A stretch of DNA of 63,351 bases, filler included, from Intoshia linei (GCA_001642005.1; 11 parts of 11 records of this genome joined end to end with filler, not necessarily neighbours in it); one strand, 5' to 3'. Positions 1 through 21,989 are shown, counted from the first letter of the whole stretch. Program-made: numbers and translations. The notes: generated by a model from the sequence alone, not told the origin.

Positions 1-251
1 AGTTTTAAATATACTCACTAAGCAGAGAAACCGACTAAATATTGTCAATCGTGGAGACCTGCGATTACATCTTACTAATTCTAAACCGGATATAAAAAAA
101 TTATTGCGAATCAGCAAGCCCAAGGTTCTCATTAAAAAATATTTATTTTAACTTGTAAATAAACATATTTCGAATAATATGTTAGGTAATTCATCACAAA
201 ATTACCTTTTTTATTTTGGGGCTTTAGCCTAGAAAAAGTTGAGTACCCCTG
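1..251 (+). mobile_element. 3' end of Buster-type hAT transposon (frameshifted transposase C-terminus plus right TIR)
   Basis: Reads ILTKQRNRLNIVNRGDLRLHLTNSKPDIKK, frameshift, IANQQAQGSH*. TIR AAAAGTTGAGTACCCCTG ends at 251 and is followed by GTCTAAAG (nnnTAnnn). Confidence 0.75.
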
Positions 252-699
252 GTCTAAAGCTAACTAAAAAAAGCTAACTATCTGTTAAAATATTATCTAC
301 TTAGTTCAGACAAATCTGCAGCTATAATTAATGCGTGCAAATTTGTTGTCGATTACTGGGCGCCTGCTTGGTTCACTTGTAGAAGACAAACTGAACCAAT
401 TGAATTATTACGAGTAATACTGGAAGGTAAAACATTGGAATGCTTTAATCGGAATTATATGTTNATCTTAGTAAATATAATAGTGCTCAAGAATCAAACT
501 TCACATCAGATTCAATGGAAAATGATTCAAATTTGCTTTATCTTCACAATATGTCTCAGTCGGATGTTGTAAAATATCTGAAAGCCTTGGATATTCCATT
601 AATTGTACTGTTTCTATTGTTAACGAAGTAATGAAAATAATGGGATACAGGACATTTCCTAGGTCGTCTATTCAAAAACAAGCATGTAGTTTAAAGGTA

Positions 700-1024
700 T
701 GTCAGAAAGAAATAAACTGATTATTAATTACAAAGGTGATCTTTGTATCCACTTTGATTCTAAAAAATACAAGCATCGACATCAATTTGTCTTAGCGGCG
801 AATCTTTGCAGATATGCATTGCAATGAAAATAATTGTTATTGGAACATTATCAACAATATTTGATGTTGTGCAATCGGTTATATTATGTTTTAATCGGAA
901 TTATATGTTGCGATCATATCCTATCAATGTGGATGTTACAAATGAAATTTGTGAGAGATCTCTGGGATATGTTAAAAAATTTGCGACCGTAATATTGTTG
1001 ACATTGAAACGAAATTACTGTTAA
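700..1024 (+). pseudogene. possible DNA-transposase C-terminal remnant
   Basis: VTNEICERSLG resembles the V-x-N-D-x-A-E-R motif of hAT-related transposases; otherwise heavily decayed. Confidence 0.3.
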
Positions 1025-3013
1025 ATTTTAACAAAATAAATATTTAAAAATTTAAAAACTATTGTTTCCATGATTTATCGTAATTTTTTCAAGATAATAA
1101 AATATTTTCGTTTTTTCTCGATTTTAATTAAAACGAAGAAACTAATAATACAAAAAAAACTACACTCAATTGCCTCGAATCTGCATAACATTTTACATAT
1201 CGTCATACAAAAATTATAAAAATTAATCGATTAGAACCAACACAGTTTAATTTTTTAGCTCGGCTTCTAGAAAGTTCATATTACTTTTTTTCATTAAAAT
1301 TTGTTTATAACGTTAATAACTGAATTTCAAAATGGGACACTCAGATTTTCATATTTAAAATAAATTTTTGGTTATTATTAATTNAAATTTGTGAGAGATC
1401 TCTGGGATATGTAAAAAAATTTGTCGACCGTAATATTGTTGACATTGAAACAAAATTACTGTTAAATTTTAACAAAATAAATATTTAAAATTTTAAAAAT
1501 TATTGTTTCTATGATTTATCGTAATTTTTTTAAGATAAAGTATTTTCGTTTTTTTTCCTGATTTTAATTAATTAAAACAAAGAAACTAATAATACAATAA
1601 AAACTACACTCAATTGCCTCGAATCTGCATAACATTATACATATTGTCATACAAAAATTAATCGATTAGAACAAACACAGTTCAATTTTTTAGCTCGGCT
1701 TCTAGAGAGTTCATATTACTTTTTTTCATTAAAATGTGTTTAAAACGTTAATAACTGAATTTCAACATGGNTAATTTTTTAGCTCGGCTTCTAGAAAGTT
1801 CATATTACTTTTTTTCATTAAAATTTGTTTATAACGTTAATAACTGAATTTCAAAATGGGACACTCAGATTTTCATATTTAAAATANAGATTTTCATATT
1901 TAAAATAAATTTATCGTTATCATAAATGTTAGTATTTTTAAATTTGACCAAAAACCCTTTTTTAAGGAAAAAACACCCTGTAAGTTTACATATAACATTT
2001 TTTATGTCCAAATTTAATATATGTCTTAGTGGGTCATACATTAATCATATCCATCTTTAAAAAAAAAGAAATGGCGCCAATTACGAAAAAAGGGTAAAAA
2101 GCGTGCGAAAACCTTAAAATTCAAAAAGGGTACACATTTTTATAGTCATTTTTTCTAAAATTTTATTTTTATGGGTTTTAAAGTACCCTCTTCAAGGTAA
2201 GGGTGGATTTTTTTCGAATCGAAAATTTTGTTTCATTGGCAATGAATGTCAAAAACGACTTAGATAGTGTGACTATAAGTACTTATTTTAACAAAAGTAC
2301 TCATAAATACCAGATAATTTTAGTCAATATTTTACTTGTAATTTTTCACTTTCTTAATAAAGTGNAAAAATTTAAAAACTATTGTTTCCATGATTTATCG
2401 TAATTTTTTCAAGATAATAAAATATTTTCGTTTTTTCTCGATTTTAATTAAAACGAAGAAACTAATAATACAAAAAAAACTACACTCAATTGCCTCGAAT
2501 CTGCATAACATTTTACATATCGTCATACAAAAATTATAAAAATTAATCGATTAGAACCAACACAGTTTAATTTTTTAGCTCGGCTTCTAGAAAGTTCATA
2601 TTACTTTTTTTCATTAAAATTTGTTTATAACGTTAATAACTGAATTTCAAAATGGGACACTCAGATTTTCATATTTAAAATAAATTTTTGGTTATTATTA
2701 ATTATTATTAATGTTAGTACTTTTAAATTTGACCAATATTACAAAAACACCCTGTGAGGTTAAATATTAAATTTTTTCAGTCTAAATTTGATGTATGTCT
2801 TAGTCGGTCATACATTAATCATATCCATTTTAAAAAGAAAAAAAATGGCGTCAATTAAGAAAAAGCGCTCGAAAAACGTTAAAATTCAAAAAGGCTACAC
2901 ATTTTTAAGGTCATTTTTTCTAAAATTTTATTTTTATGGGTTTTAAAGTACCCTCTTCAAGGTAAGGGTGGATTTTTTTCATATCGAAAATTTTGTAAAA
3001 AATGAACAGCCTT
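943..3013. repeat. near-identical duplicated blocks separated by single N bases (probable assembly redundancy of one TE end)
   Basis: 1046-1383 recurs essentially identically at 2366-2703 and with SNPs/indels within 1385-1770. Single N at 1384, 1771, 1887 and 2365 mark the junctions. Confidence 0.85.
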
Positions 3014-3023
3014 AATAATTATA

Positions 3024-3960
3024 CTAGGTTGACGGTTATGTACTACGTACAAACAGGACCTAGCTCGTGTGAGGGCACATTTTTATAATACTTATTAAAA
3101 AAAATTCACGTTGAAAAATAAAAAATTTTTTAAAAATTTGAAATTTAAAAATTGCGTAGCAATGAAAAAAATTCCGAAAGAATGAATTATGTAGATTTTC
3201 AACCATATGTCTGTATTGGAAATGTGTACAATGCACATTTTTTTAAAATTGTAGGATTAATATTTGCATTTTTGATTTTAATCGAAGTATTTGAAAAATA
3301 TTCTTTGATAATATATTAAAAATTATTTTTCATTAGGAATGCGCAGATTTCTCGGGTTAAACTTTTGTATTTATATCAACTGAATTAAGCTCTATCAGAA
3401 TAATTTTTTTTTAATTTTTCGACCGCTAATTATTTCATATTATTTGTTTTAATAAAATATTTCGAAAAAAAATAATGAATACTAAAATGCTTTTTTTATC
3501 GTGAATTCGTCACTTATTTGGATTGAAATTTTTTATGTGTGTTAACAGGATACAACTGTACCTACCTGTAAATTTTTTGAAATTCTAGGGCTGTTTTCAT
3601 AAAAAAAGAAGGGTAATCTGTAAATTCTTTTTTCATTAAAAAAAGAAGAGTAATTTGATGTTTTGCCCCTGAAGATATATTTTTGAATTTAAATTTATAA
3701 TAATGTTTATGATTTTAAAATCCGCATCAGCGTATATATTTTTTTAAATTATCTAACTCATTTGATTTTCAAAAAGGGGGACAACAGGGGTTTTTTACCC
3801 GTAAGATGTGAAATTGGGAGGTTGAAATTTATCTTATTATACGTCCCGGAAAAAACTGTAATTGCAATGTCGTTTTTAAAAAATTCTAAGAGTGGTAGTT
3901 ATTTCAATAAAGTGGAACACACACACAAACAAAAATCGCGTAGCCTTTTATATAAGTTAA
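3024..3960 (-). mobile_element. non-autonomous Helitron-like element
   Basis: Minus strand starts ACTTATATAAAAGG..TTTGTGTGTGTG and ends with hairpin TGTAC-GTA-GTACA, 11 nt, then CTAG|T. Related ends at 27102, 29907 and 49793; the internal part recurs at about 56390-56729. Confidence 0.65.
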
Positions 3961-3991
3961 AATGAATGATGAGATGGTTATATTTGTCTTA

Positions 3992-4385
3992 CACAGGGTT
4001 GAAACCATTAAAAGGAAAAAATTACATGAATTTTGAGTAATTTTAACATTTTATTTGAAATTTAAATTATATTATTTAACATTTCTCAGAAAGTAAAATA
4101 TTTTTGATTAAACAAAATATAGTATGACATTAATCAATATGTTATCTATGTATTGTGCTGCATATAATACATAGTTGACGTTTTTAATTGTGTTTAAGAT
4201 GGCTTTGAATACCCCCTTTTTTGGGCAAATTTGTAACTTTAACCTTAATTTAAAAAAAATAATTTAAAAAGTAAAAAATCTAAATGTGATTGAAAAATAA
4301 TATTCATATCACATTGACCAGCTCGTTGAGATGAACAAGATGATGTATTCATCGTTCTTGCATTTTTTAGGTGTTGGACTGTGTA
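3992..4385. mobile_element. possible CAC-terminated (CMC/Chapaev-like) non-autonomous element
   Basis: TTA-CACAG ... CTGTG-TAA inverted termini; short match only. Confidence 0.3.
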
Positions 4386-4483
4386 ATTAAACTGTAATTA
4401 CTTTCTTAATTTTCTTATAGTGTTTAATAAACACTGTTTATCTCATTTTTTTCTACTAGCAGACACTCATATTCACTGTGTGT

Positions 4484-6533
4484 ATGGTTACTGCATTTTT
4501 GTTGAAAAATAACATAAGTAAAAGATTGTTTCTCATTTCAAAATTTTTAAAACATTCAAGTACAGTAAATTTTGCAAAAGTAAATTCAAAACTTTTGATG
4601 ACTACAACTTCGAAACTGGATATCAATGTACCTAAAAGACAAACCCTTGCAGTACACGATGGATCATTTCATTGTGATGATGTTATGGCAATAGCAATGT
4701 TAAAACTTATTCCAAGATTAAGTGATGCCAAAATAGTGAGATCCAGAAATTTTGAAGTTTTAAACAGATGTGATTATGTTATGGATGTAGGAGGTGTATA
4801 TAATCACTCTGAAAGACGATATGATCATCACCAGCGTGGATTTAACGAAAGTATTTCATCTTTGGACCCTTCTAAACTTTCAACTGTCAAGTTAAGTAGC
4901 GCCGGATTAATATTCTTTCATTATGGAATTGAAATTATTTCTGCTGTTATTAATTGTAATCCAAATGTAGATAAATGTTTGGTTATAGTTGATAAAATGT
5001 ACACTTCATTCATTCAAGAAATTGACGGAATTGATAATGGAATTGAACCTTATCCAAATAAAAATGATTCTCCATTGTAATTTTTTTTTAAAAATTGAAC
5101 AATTCTAGGTACGCAATTAATACTGGACTATCCCAGAGAATTTCTAGAATGAATCCTACATCAGATGATTATTATGATGTAATTATTTTAATAGGCATTT
5201 ATAGTAAATCGAAGTAATTTTAAAAGTCCTGCGAAGGTGGTATCTTAAAATTGTCGTTGGTATGAATCTGTCTTCTTGTTTAACATTGTTGTACGAGGTT
5301 TTTTATCGAACATAAGAAATATAATTAGGGTCAAAGTTTATTACGCTGATTAACGTGATACATGTATTTGTTTTTTTTGAGTTATCACAATTTTGATAAC
5401 TTTTGGTCTATCCGCTATTTTGATACGGCTATATTTCATTAACATTATATTTTATCTATATTTTATCTATTATATTACGGATTATATTTTACAATGTTTC
5501 GAAAATAAATTTTTAGCACTATAAAAGTTACAATGAAATAACTATCAGAATAATTGGAAAAAATGACTATTTTTGTGCTTGTATATAAATGATCTATTAA
5601 CTTGAAAATTTTTAATCTAATTTTTGGGATATGCTGGAAGCATTTTTTCCATATCAAATTATAATCTGATCCAATTTAATATTCATATTTGATAATCATC
5701 GAGGTTTAATTTTTGAATATTGATTTATCTTTTTACTTGTTTATATTGCTTTGCAGGAACGTTTTTTAATTGCAGTGGACTACGCCCAAAAGGAATTTGT
5801 GGATACTGTAAAATATTATGCAGATTCTTGGTATTCAACATATGAAATTGTAAAAGTTGCTATTAATGAAAGATTTACGGTAATAAAATGTAATTATCAT
5901 TTAATTTATACTAGATTCACGAGAGCGGAGCTGTTATAGAATTAGATATAAAGGGAAACTTTACAGAGCACATTTTAAAAGTTGAAAAAGATTTGGGAAT
6001 TGAAGGACAAATATTATTCGTTATTATTGAAAAGAGTGATAGTTGGAGAGTTATATGTGTACCGGTTCGACTGGATTCATTTAAATCTAGGTAAATTATA
6101 TGAAATATGATAGGAACTTTTTTCAGATACGGGTCACATATTTGTACGACAACATAACCAGTTACTCTCAAAAACTATATCGTTATGAAATTAAGCCGTA
6201 TCCACCAAATGTTTTTATTTTTTAAAAAAATATATATATTTGACTCTTGTTGACGTACAACGACAAATTGTTACAGGTTAAATAATTCTTAAATGAATGA
6301 CAATATCTTGCAAAAAAATATATTATTTATGAAAGATTTAAGTGGGTATAAAGATTAGTAATATATAATTTAGGAAGCCTTTACTCGAGGAATGGAGAGG
6401 ATATCACAATAATGACTTGCAAAAGATATCTGGCATTCCAGATGCAGTATTTGTCCATGATTCTGGGTTTTGCGGTGGATGTTTATCCAAAGAAAGCACT
6501 TTAAAAATGCTACAAATAACCTTGAAACTGTAA
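4484..6533 (+). CDS. MYG1: MYG1 (UPF0160) exonuclease, 5 exons: 4484-5076, 5109-5178, 5757-5879, 5915-6090, 6374-6533
   Basis: Motifs HDGSFHCDD, DVGGVY, YDHHQRGF, KLSSAGLIF, QEIDGIDNGI, EEWRG and FVHDSGFCGG. All introns are GT-AG with consistent phases; stop TAA at 6531-6533. Confidence 0.95.
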
Positions 6534-7925
6534 TATTTAATCATGTTCATAGATTTGTTAAATAAACCATTGTACCTTTTTAAATCTACTGTTTTACTTT
6601 ATTTACATACCTATATTTATTGAAATGGGACAGCAAACAAATTTTATGTTTTTAAAAACTATCTCAGAACATACGTTTTATAAAATTTTAGGACATGTTT
6701 AATTTTTCGTTAGTTATTAGTTTGTGGTTTCGACCATGAAGGTGTGATTTTCTGAGGGTGATATTTACGACCATGTGATTTTAAAACGCGTCCCATAGTT
6801 TATGTTTTATTAAATATTTTGGCTGATTTTATTTTTAAAGGGAAAATTTGGTTTTTGACCCCGAAGGATTCAAATTAGAAAACTGAAAAATAGACATCAA
6901 CATCCCTGCGTTAAACTGTATTAGCAATTGGGTTTTTATGCTATTTATATGACAGTAAAGATTAAATGTACTTTTACTTTGAATTGAATTTAGTTGGTAT
7001 AAAAAAATTTAAATTTACTTTACAAAAGTTAAATTCATCAATTACCATGATATGATTTATGATTTGAAAACAAACTTTCCTTTTTATTTTATATTTCGGA
7101 TAGTAGCAATATATTTATTAATTATAATTAAAACTAAAATATCTCAATAATTACTCGATAAATTTTTGACTATACTATAGTACAGTCAAATATCATAACT
7201 ATGATATTTTTTAGTGGGATTGTTTTTTGAGTATTATTCAGTGTAATTATCATATCTGAACATTTAATTAACCACCGATTAAACTTAAAAATCTTGCAAA
7301 ATTAAATCAAATGTATTTATAGCAGTTTGCTGTATTAAAAGAACATTGTTACAATGTAGTAATTGTAGGATATTGACTCTAGTCACCGGATTAGATAGTA
7401 ATAATAGTAAAGTAAAATTATTGAATTGTCAAATAAATATAAATAAACTGACAGGATATCTACAAATACAACATATTTTACATACAAGTGTAGCAATGAC
7501 TATTATTTATTTCTAAAGTTTATTAAACAGAAGTCATAGCTAGAATTTGTAAATACTATAGACTTTTTACTGAGCAGACGAAAGAGAATTTTATTGTGTA
7601 TGTAAACTAGAGAATATATAAATGAAAATTATAGGACAAATGAAAATATAAAATTGAAATAGCAATAACGATACTAGGACTACAATTATTTTAAATTTTA
7701 TTAAAAAATATGTTTATTTTTGAATCACAAGTTAATCGTTTATTTCAAGTTTGAATATCAAATGATACGTAAAATCCATCAATCACAATCTTAAATATTT
7801 TGTAATTTAATGCTTTGAGTATAAAATTAATTTTATGTTTAGATCAACTTAATTTCAGCTCATGAACCTTGGTTTGTTTGAATATTTTTATGTTTAATTT
7901 ATTTAGATTAATTAAAATTATAATT

Positions 7926-14273
<6,348 letters not shown>

Positions 14274-14398
14274 TCCTTGTGTATTAACTAATTTTCGTAT
14301 CAAAGAAGCAAAATTGCGTATATACTTTTACTTATGGATTTTTTTACTCTATTTACCTCATTAAAATTTAATAATGAAATCAGTGGTTATACAAGTGG

Positions 14399-16105
14399 TT
14401 AATTTTTTGGTTGGGTTTTCATTTGTAGTTGCGCCCATGCTTCTCTTCGCTCTTTCTCCTTCTTTTTTTCACTAGAATTTATTACAATTTTTTTGTAATA
14501 TTTACTTGGTAATTGTGTTTTTGTAGTTGGCTGTGAGTTCTTCAAAAAGACGCTTATTCATGTCAATGAAACTCTTTTGTACGTTATATACGAGCAACAC
14601 TATTGTTTGGTTCCAATGGTCTTTCGAAATTTTGTGAAGCGAGGGGAAAACTATAGGCATAATTTCGTTAACGTTTTCTTCTATCAATGAAACAAGGTAT
14701 TCGTTTTGCCATAGATTGAGGGCACGTTCAGAAACCTGTTTACATAGTAGATTAAAAGCATTTAAATACCTGGAAATGGTAGCTACCAATACATCGTGAA
14801 ATTTGTTTGAATAAAAATGAAGAGCACTGTTTAAATTCGGATGGTTCAATTACATCTATTATCTCTTCTAATTCACTTAAAAACATGACTTCTTTACTGC
14901 TATTAGTCTTTGGCCAAATTTTTAAGATTGATTCAATAACCTAAACAAAGTCAAATCAGAAAAAAATAAATGTACGCATCTGAATAAGGTTGGGTCTTTT
15001 TCTATAAATTGAACGATGCAGTAGGTGAGCTAAGAAAACAATAAACCCAATATTGCAAAATAATTACTTGAGGGTGGAATGCACTGAGGCCACGGGCCTT
15101 ATGCAAAGGTATCAAAATTCGATATAAAAAAACTTTATGTTCACTTTTGAGCGGTAAAGCAAATCCGTTAATTATGCTGAAATGTTGATTTATGAAATAT
15201 AATAATACAAACCTTCCCAAAATTTCGAGCAGTTCACTGATTCCGTTAAATTTTTCATTTTCATATACAAATCTAACCATATAATAACAAGATGCGAGTT
15301 TGTATTACCGTAAGAAGGTGTAATTTACTTGTTTTCGTATATAGGCTCTGAAACTCAGGAATTTACCATACAATCTATGCAGAACGGTTTTTAAAAATTC
15401 ACGTTCTCTAGGGTCTTCAGTATTGAACAGATCCATCAGCTAGAAATAATTAAAAATAAAAAAGTCGCATTTACGTTTATTATAAATTTGTGATCAAAAT
15501 ATCGTTTTGCTATAGATGGCTGGAAATCGTTACATTCAAGGAAACGTAATAAAAATTCGTACGTAATCTTAAATTATAAATATTATAAAAAAAATTTAAA
15601 ATACCTGCAGATGTGGCCAGGCCAAGTCTAAATTTGGATCATCTTCTTCGGGGTCATAGTCTGGGGATTCAGAGCAGGTAAGAGGCCGAAATATATTTGC
15701 TGAAATCTATTAATTTAAAAACAATTGATAATCATGTACCATAACGATAATTTCAGTATAAACACACTCGGTAAGTACATTGTGGTTTGTTGTAATGTGT
15801 TCAACTAGTTCTGTAAGCGTACATCTCTTTTGTTCCTTTTCTTTCAGATTACTAAATTGGTCGTTGAAATTGTAGCAAACGGAGCATAATTTCATTTTTT
15901 TTATAAATAAAGCTTCGTATTGTGATGGTTGGACGTCTAGAATTAAATTAATAATTAGCGATAATTCTAAACCTTTAAAGATAGGGGTATTATCAAATGT
16001 ATATTTATCATAATTTTCTTCCAGTATTTTCGGATTGGATGATGATTGAGCTTTTTTTTTGGTAGATTTTATTGAAAACTTTGAATTTTGATCAGATTTA
16101 GACAT
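14399..16105 (-). CDS. PPP2R5: PP2A regulatory subunit B56 (B')
   Basis: Motifs [73 protein letters not shown] and [12 protein letters not shown] at 16105, stop at 14399-14401, short GT-AG introns. Confidence 0.95.
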
Positions 16106-17830
16106 TTTCCTATAAATTCAACTTCAATTATACCCTAGAAAATTAGTATCGAGAATCAAACAAATGAAACAATTCAGAATGCAAAAATATAAAGTATAGT
16201 ATTTTTAATCATTTCCAGAGAAACCGTTATTACTATGTTGAATGAATGAATGATTATTGCAAAATTAATTTACTGATTATAACAGTTTGCAACTTGTTGA
16301 AAATTTTTGTTTAAAAAAATAATTCAATGTTCCATCTATACGTAGTTAATGAACATACTGAAAATAAACTTTTGCAAGCCAAATATTTACTCAACGCTTA
16401 TACATTAAGTGTGATAAATTAAGTGAACATGTGAGTGATATGCGTTTAAAATTGTATACATTCAATCAGCGTTCAATTTATTGTAATTTTTCCATTTATT
16501 TTATGGAATATTTACCTTTCTAGTAAATATAGTAAACTCACAGTGGATCAAAATTTAACTTCTAGGCTCCAACCTTAACCCATGGTCACACTAAAATTTA
16601 ACTTTTAATCTTAAAGTTAATGTAGTAGAAATAAAATAAAACCATTTAAGCAGTTTCATTTAAAGTGTCGACACTTAAATTATCCTTATTCTATATGCTT
16701 AGAAAATTTTTTTCATTTATCAAAAAAGAAACGAGTTATAGATGTATTTATTTTTTTGTAAAGTATCCATGTACTTCATAAATTGTATGAACAAGTGTTA
16801 AAGCTGGAGTTTTTATAATGAAACGTTCGAAGGGGTTGCCACCTGCAAGCAGCAAAAATAATTTTGAATTTTATATTATTTAAATTAATACTCAAAGTTT
16901 GAGTATTCACAATGGTTCCAATTCAAGTAGTGTACGCACCCAAATTTTAAAATAGATTTAATTAATTTTAATTTTTCATGTCTCTTTATTTTACTAATTT
17001 TTCAAATATTTACTAAGTTGGAGTAGTTTTCAAGTAACAAAATGGTTGGATTTAAGTAAAAATAATGGGGTTTAAGAATATTCTCATTTATTAATTAATC
17101 GATATTTAAAATAACATTATTTATATTGTTAATTATATATTATAAATTATTTTAATAGTTCGCCAATGTCTAAGATAACATACAAAAGAATTACAATTTT
17201 ATTTAAGTGAATTATTGGTTTTACGAGTCGATTCTTTAAAAAATTGAGTAGCAGTAACAACTTCTTTATGAATTATGGAGGCGGTAATTTTAAAACAATA
17301 TTTGTGAATTATGGGCTTAAAGGTGAGTCTAAAAAAAGGTTGAGAATCCCTGTACTAGACCTACAATCATTCTTTACCAAAAAAATAAATAGATTTATTA
17401 GAAATTATTGATAATGAGGTTGATTCTAACTTTCTGAACTAGTAGATTATGAAAATTGTAATTTGGGAGCACGTGCTCCCTTGATCCAAACAAGTTCCTA
17501 TCCTACCAAGTTTAAGGTCACCAAAAATGAAAAAACCTAAAAAAATTTCACAACGCTCAACTTCACGTTGAAACTTTTTATATCTTTTAGCTGGAGTAAT
17601 AGTAGCTGGAAAAAAGAATATTAAATGTGATCTATTTGTTAAATTTAAGACTAGGTTTTTTTAATTTTATAAAATATTCCATATTAATTAACTAATTAAA
17701 AAAAATTTAAGGTTAATAAAGTTACATTTTGAAATATTTAATTGTTACACGTGCATTATATTTTAAATTTTACTGATGATTTGTTATAAAGGTAATATTA
17801 TGTTACTTTTTGTACTATTGATATTTAACA

Positions 17831-17984
17831 ATGCCAAAAATTCCAAAATCAAGACAGGAAAAAATCAGCAATATTCTAAAACTATCCAACTGAATTTAAA
17901 ATGATGGACAACAATTTATTTTGTTTAAGGTGCAATTGCAATGTCTCGTTTGATAAATTACATTATGTACAGGTACATAGAGGT
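17831..17984 (+). pseudogene. N-terminus of CGGBP1-like hAT transposase (zinc finger), cut by spacer
   Basis: MPKIPKSRQEKI, frameshift, YPTEFKMMDNNLFCLRCNCNVSFDKLHYVQVH matches the MPK...LFCxxC...V..H pattern. Confidence 0.55.
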
Positions 17985-18084
17985 NNNNNNNNNNNNNNNN
18001 NNNNNNNNNNNNNNNNNNNNNNNNNNNNTTAATTAATTAANNNNNNNNNNNNNNNNNNNNNNNNNNNNNNNNNNNNNNNNNNNN
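17985..18084. other. artificial 100-bp contig spacer (also 27581, 37049, 46109, 51454, 53284, 55028, 56730, 58843, 60904)
   Basis: Identical N-run + TTAATTAATTAA (stop in all six frames) + N-run occurs ten times. Confidence 0.97.
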
Positions 18085-19050
18085 AAGAAAATCTGCATCG
18101 GTCAATATACATTCTTTCTCTAAAGTTTCAAAAAAATTAATTATGGGTTGTTTCAATTCAAATACTCTTTTCAAAATCTTTGCTTGAGACAGCCATCTAA
18201 CGCAGGAGTGATATATGATGTCGTTCTTCTCTTGAAATTCTTCATTTTGCAGCATTGTGCGAAATTGTCTGTGTCGTGTAGAATTGGAGCGAATAAAAAT
18301 TACTATTGAATTGATTTTCTGGAATGTATCATCGAGAAGAACAGATTTAGCGCATAAACTTTGCTGATGGAGGATACAATGGAAAGAATATATTGTATGT
18401 GGGCTGAAATTTTTTCGCAAATGTGCAAGAAATCCTGAATTTTTACCAAGCATGGCAGGTGCTCCGTCTGTACAAATACTTATCATATTTTCTTTCTTAA
18501 GATCATATTGAACAAACAGCTCGTTGACTTGATTATAAACATCCAATCCTCGAGCCTATCCAGTGATCGTCTGCATACCTAACAATTCTTCAAAAAGACT
18601 AAAATTTTGATCTATAACTCTGGAAAATATAAGTAATTGGGCTGAATCAGTCGCATCTGTTGATTCATCAATAGCCAAAGTTTGTTGTTGTATGAGAAAG
18701 TAAATCGAATCGCTTTTTCTTCAGATTTTGAGCAATTTCAGTCTGTCTATTGACAATACAGCACCTTGAAAGAGGAATATTTTCATACTTTGATATATTA
18801 TCTGGCTCGACACATTTGAGCGTTTCAATTATAGCTTCTTTAACCATTTCGGCATCAGAGAAAGCTCTTCTTTTTTTGCCAAGTAAATAAGCTATCATAT
18901 AGCTAGCTTTTGTCTGAGCTTGACCAAGATTGAAAATATTCTTGAAAAGAGTCTGTTGATTTTTGAGCTGGTTTTTCAATGTCTCTAATTTCTTTTTTCT
19001 GTCATCTCCTTCAAGTTTGGTAATCTGATTATTAAAATGAAGTTTATAGT
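18085..19050 (-). mobile_element. hAT transposase pseudogene (GTF2IRD2/EPM2AIP1/SPIN-like)
   Basis: Motifs AIDESTDATDSAQLLIF, SICTDGAPAM, HCILHQQSLCAK and VRWLS; frameshifts present. Confidence 0.9.
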
Positions 19051-19184
19051 GCTGATAATGTGCTGCTTATAATATCCCTGTACTAGTGTGTTACCTTTTT
19101 TTGTAAAAAAAACTTTTTGTTTTACTGAGTTATTAGTACTGAGTATTCAGTATCAAACCTGAGCAGGACTGATTAAAAAATTAC

Positions 19185-20300
19185 TTAACAATAGTGCTGT
19201 AAGGTTCTAAAAATGCTTCGTCTATAGCTGAGATCTCATCTAAAAGTGACTGAATTTGTTCAAGTCGACGTTGCGATTTTCTACCGGACCAATTATAAAT
19301 TCTAAAAATTAACAATAAATAAATTATCTACAAATATAAAAAAAATCTAGTATACATTACAATGTAATAATTTCGTTATACATTGAAAACATTTTTTGAT
19401 TAAATGTAGATAACTTTTTACAAATATCAGTATTGTTTTCGTCAAATTTAAGTACAGCATGTATTTTATTTTTCTAAATATTTCATAAGTTGAATAATTT
19501 GAGTAGGGGGTCAAATACGAAAATTTTAGATGATTGTGGGCGGATCTAAAATTTTCAACATATTTCATTCAATCATCCAATTTAGCAAAATCTTATGAGA
19601 AAAAACCAAATTTACCAACCCTTAAGGAAAAATCCACTTTTACTAATATTTTTGTGAAATATTCAATTAATAATTAATAATTTTACCAAACTTTAGAACC
19701 AAAAGCACTCTATCTTATCCCAAAAGAAAAAACCTAATTTTACCAACCTTTAAGGAAAAAATCCCACGTTACCAAAGTTTTAGAACAAAAACCACTATCT
19801 GATTCCAAAAGAAAAAAAAATAATTTTACCAACAATGAAAAAATATAAAATGATGCGATAAAACTTATTACACTATTAATTATTAAATGTTTCATTTTTA
19901 TTATATTCAGTAAAAAATATTTTTTACTAAATATGCAGCCATATAGCTCAATTTTGGGGTATATTTAACACTCAAAATTTTTATATATCAGACGCTTGTA
20001 TAACATATTTTGTAAATAAAAAAATACAAACTAATTAAACAAATTAATTTTCAAGTACCATAAAAGAATGGCCAAAAGGTTTCTTTTTAGTTGAACAATT
20101 TTCAATACAATATATAAAATAATTTTCCGTTTCAACAGTATTTTGAAGATGAACACAAAGTTGTTTTTCATAACATTTGTTCTAAAATATAAAAATTGTA
20201 AATTTGACATAATTAATGAAATTACCATTTTAATATACATTTCATACTTTTCCTTGCAACCATCATTTAAATATTCAAAAAAACTAACCAAATTTTGCAT
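19185..20300 (-). CDS. putative spliced gene of unknown function, head-to-head with PSMC1
   Basis: ATG at 20300; exons 20300-20226 and 20181-20059 join in frame across a 44-nt GT-AG intron. Exon-like 19301-19185 reads IYNWSGRKSQRRLEQIQSLLDEISAIDEAFLEPY. Middle exons unresolved. Confidence 0.4.
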
Positions 20301-20547
20301 ATTTGATTGATAAATTTAAATAAATTTAATCAAACGTCAATATATTGTTAATTGTTATTAATTTTATGGAAGTGCAATTTTAATAGAAATAAAATATAAA
20401 TTAAAATTGTACAATTATGTTATAGAGATCTTTTGTATTGACGCTAAAATTCCAGACAACTATATTCTTAGTGAAAATAAACTTGAAATTGTATTAGTTT
20501 ATCAATTTTACAATAATTTGAATTAGTTGAATTTGCCAAATTTTTTC

Positions 20548-21989
<1,442 letters not shown>

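Noticed and set aside
943-2990. Apparent long direct-repeat array
   Set aside because: Copies are identical or allelic and begin at single N bases, so probably scaffolding redundancy.
16539-16570. CACAGTG as a RAG/RSS signal
   Set aside because: No nonamer at 12 or 23 bp, no partner end and no transposase nearby.
17465-17480. Perfect palindrome GGGAGCACGTGCTCCC as an E-box regulatory site
   Set aside because: It lies among TE ends, where such GC palindromes are common, with no linked gene start.
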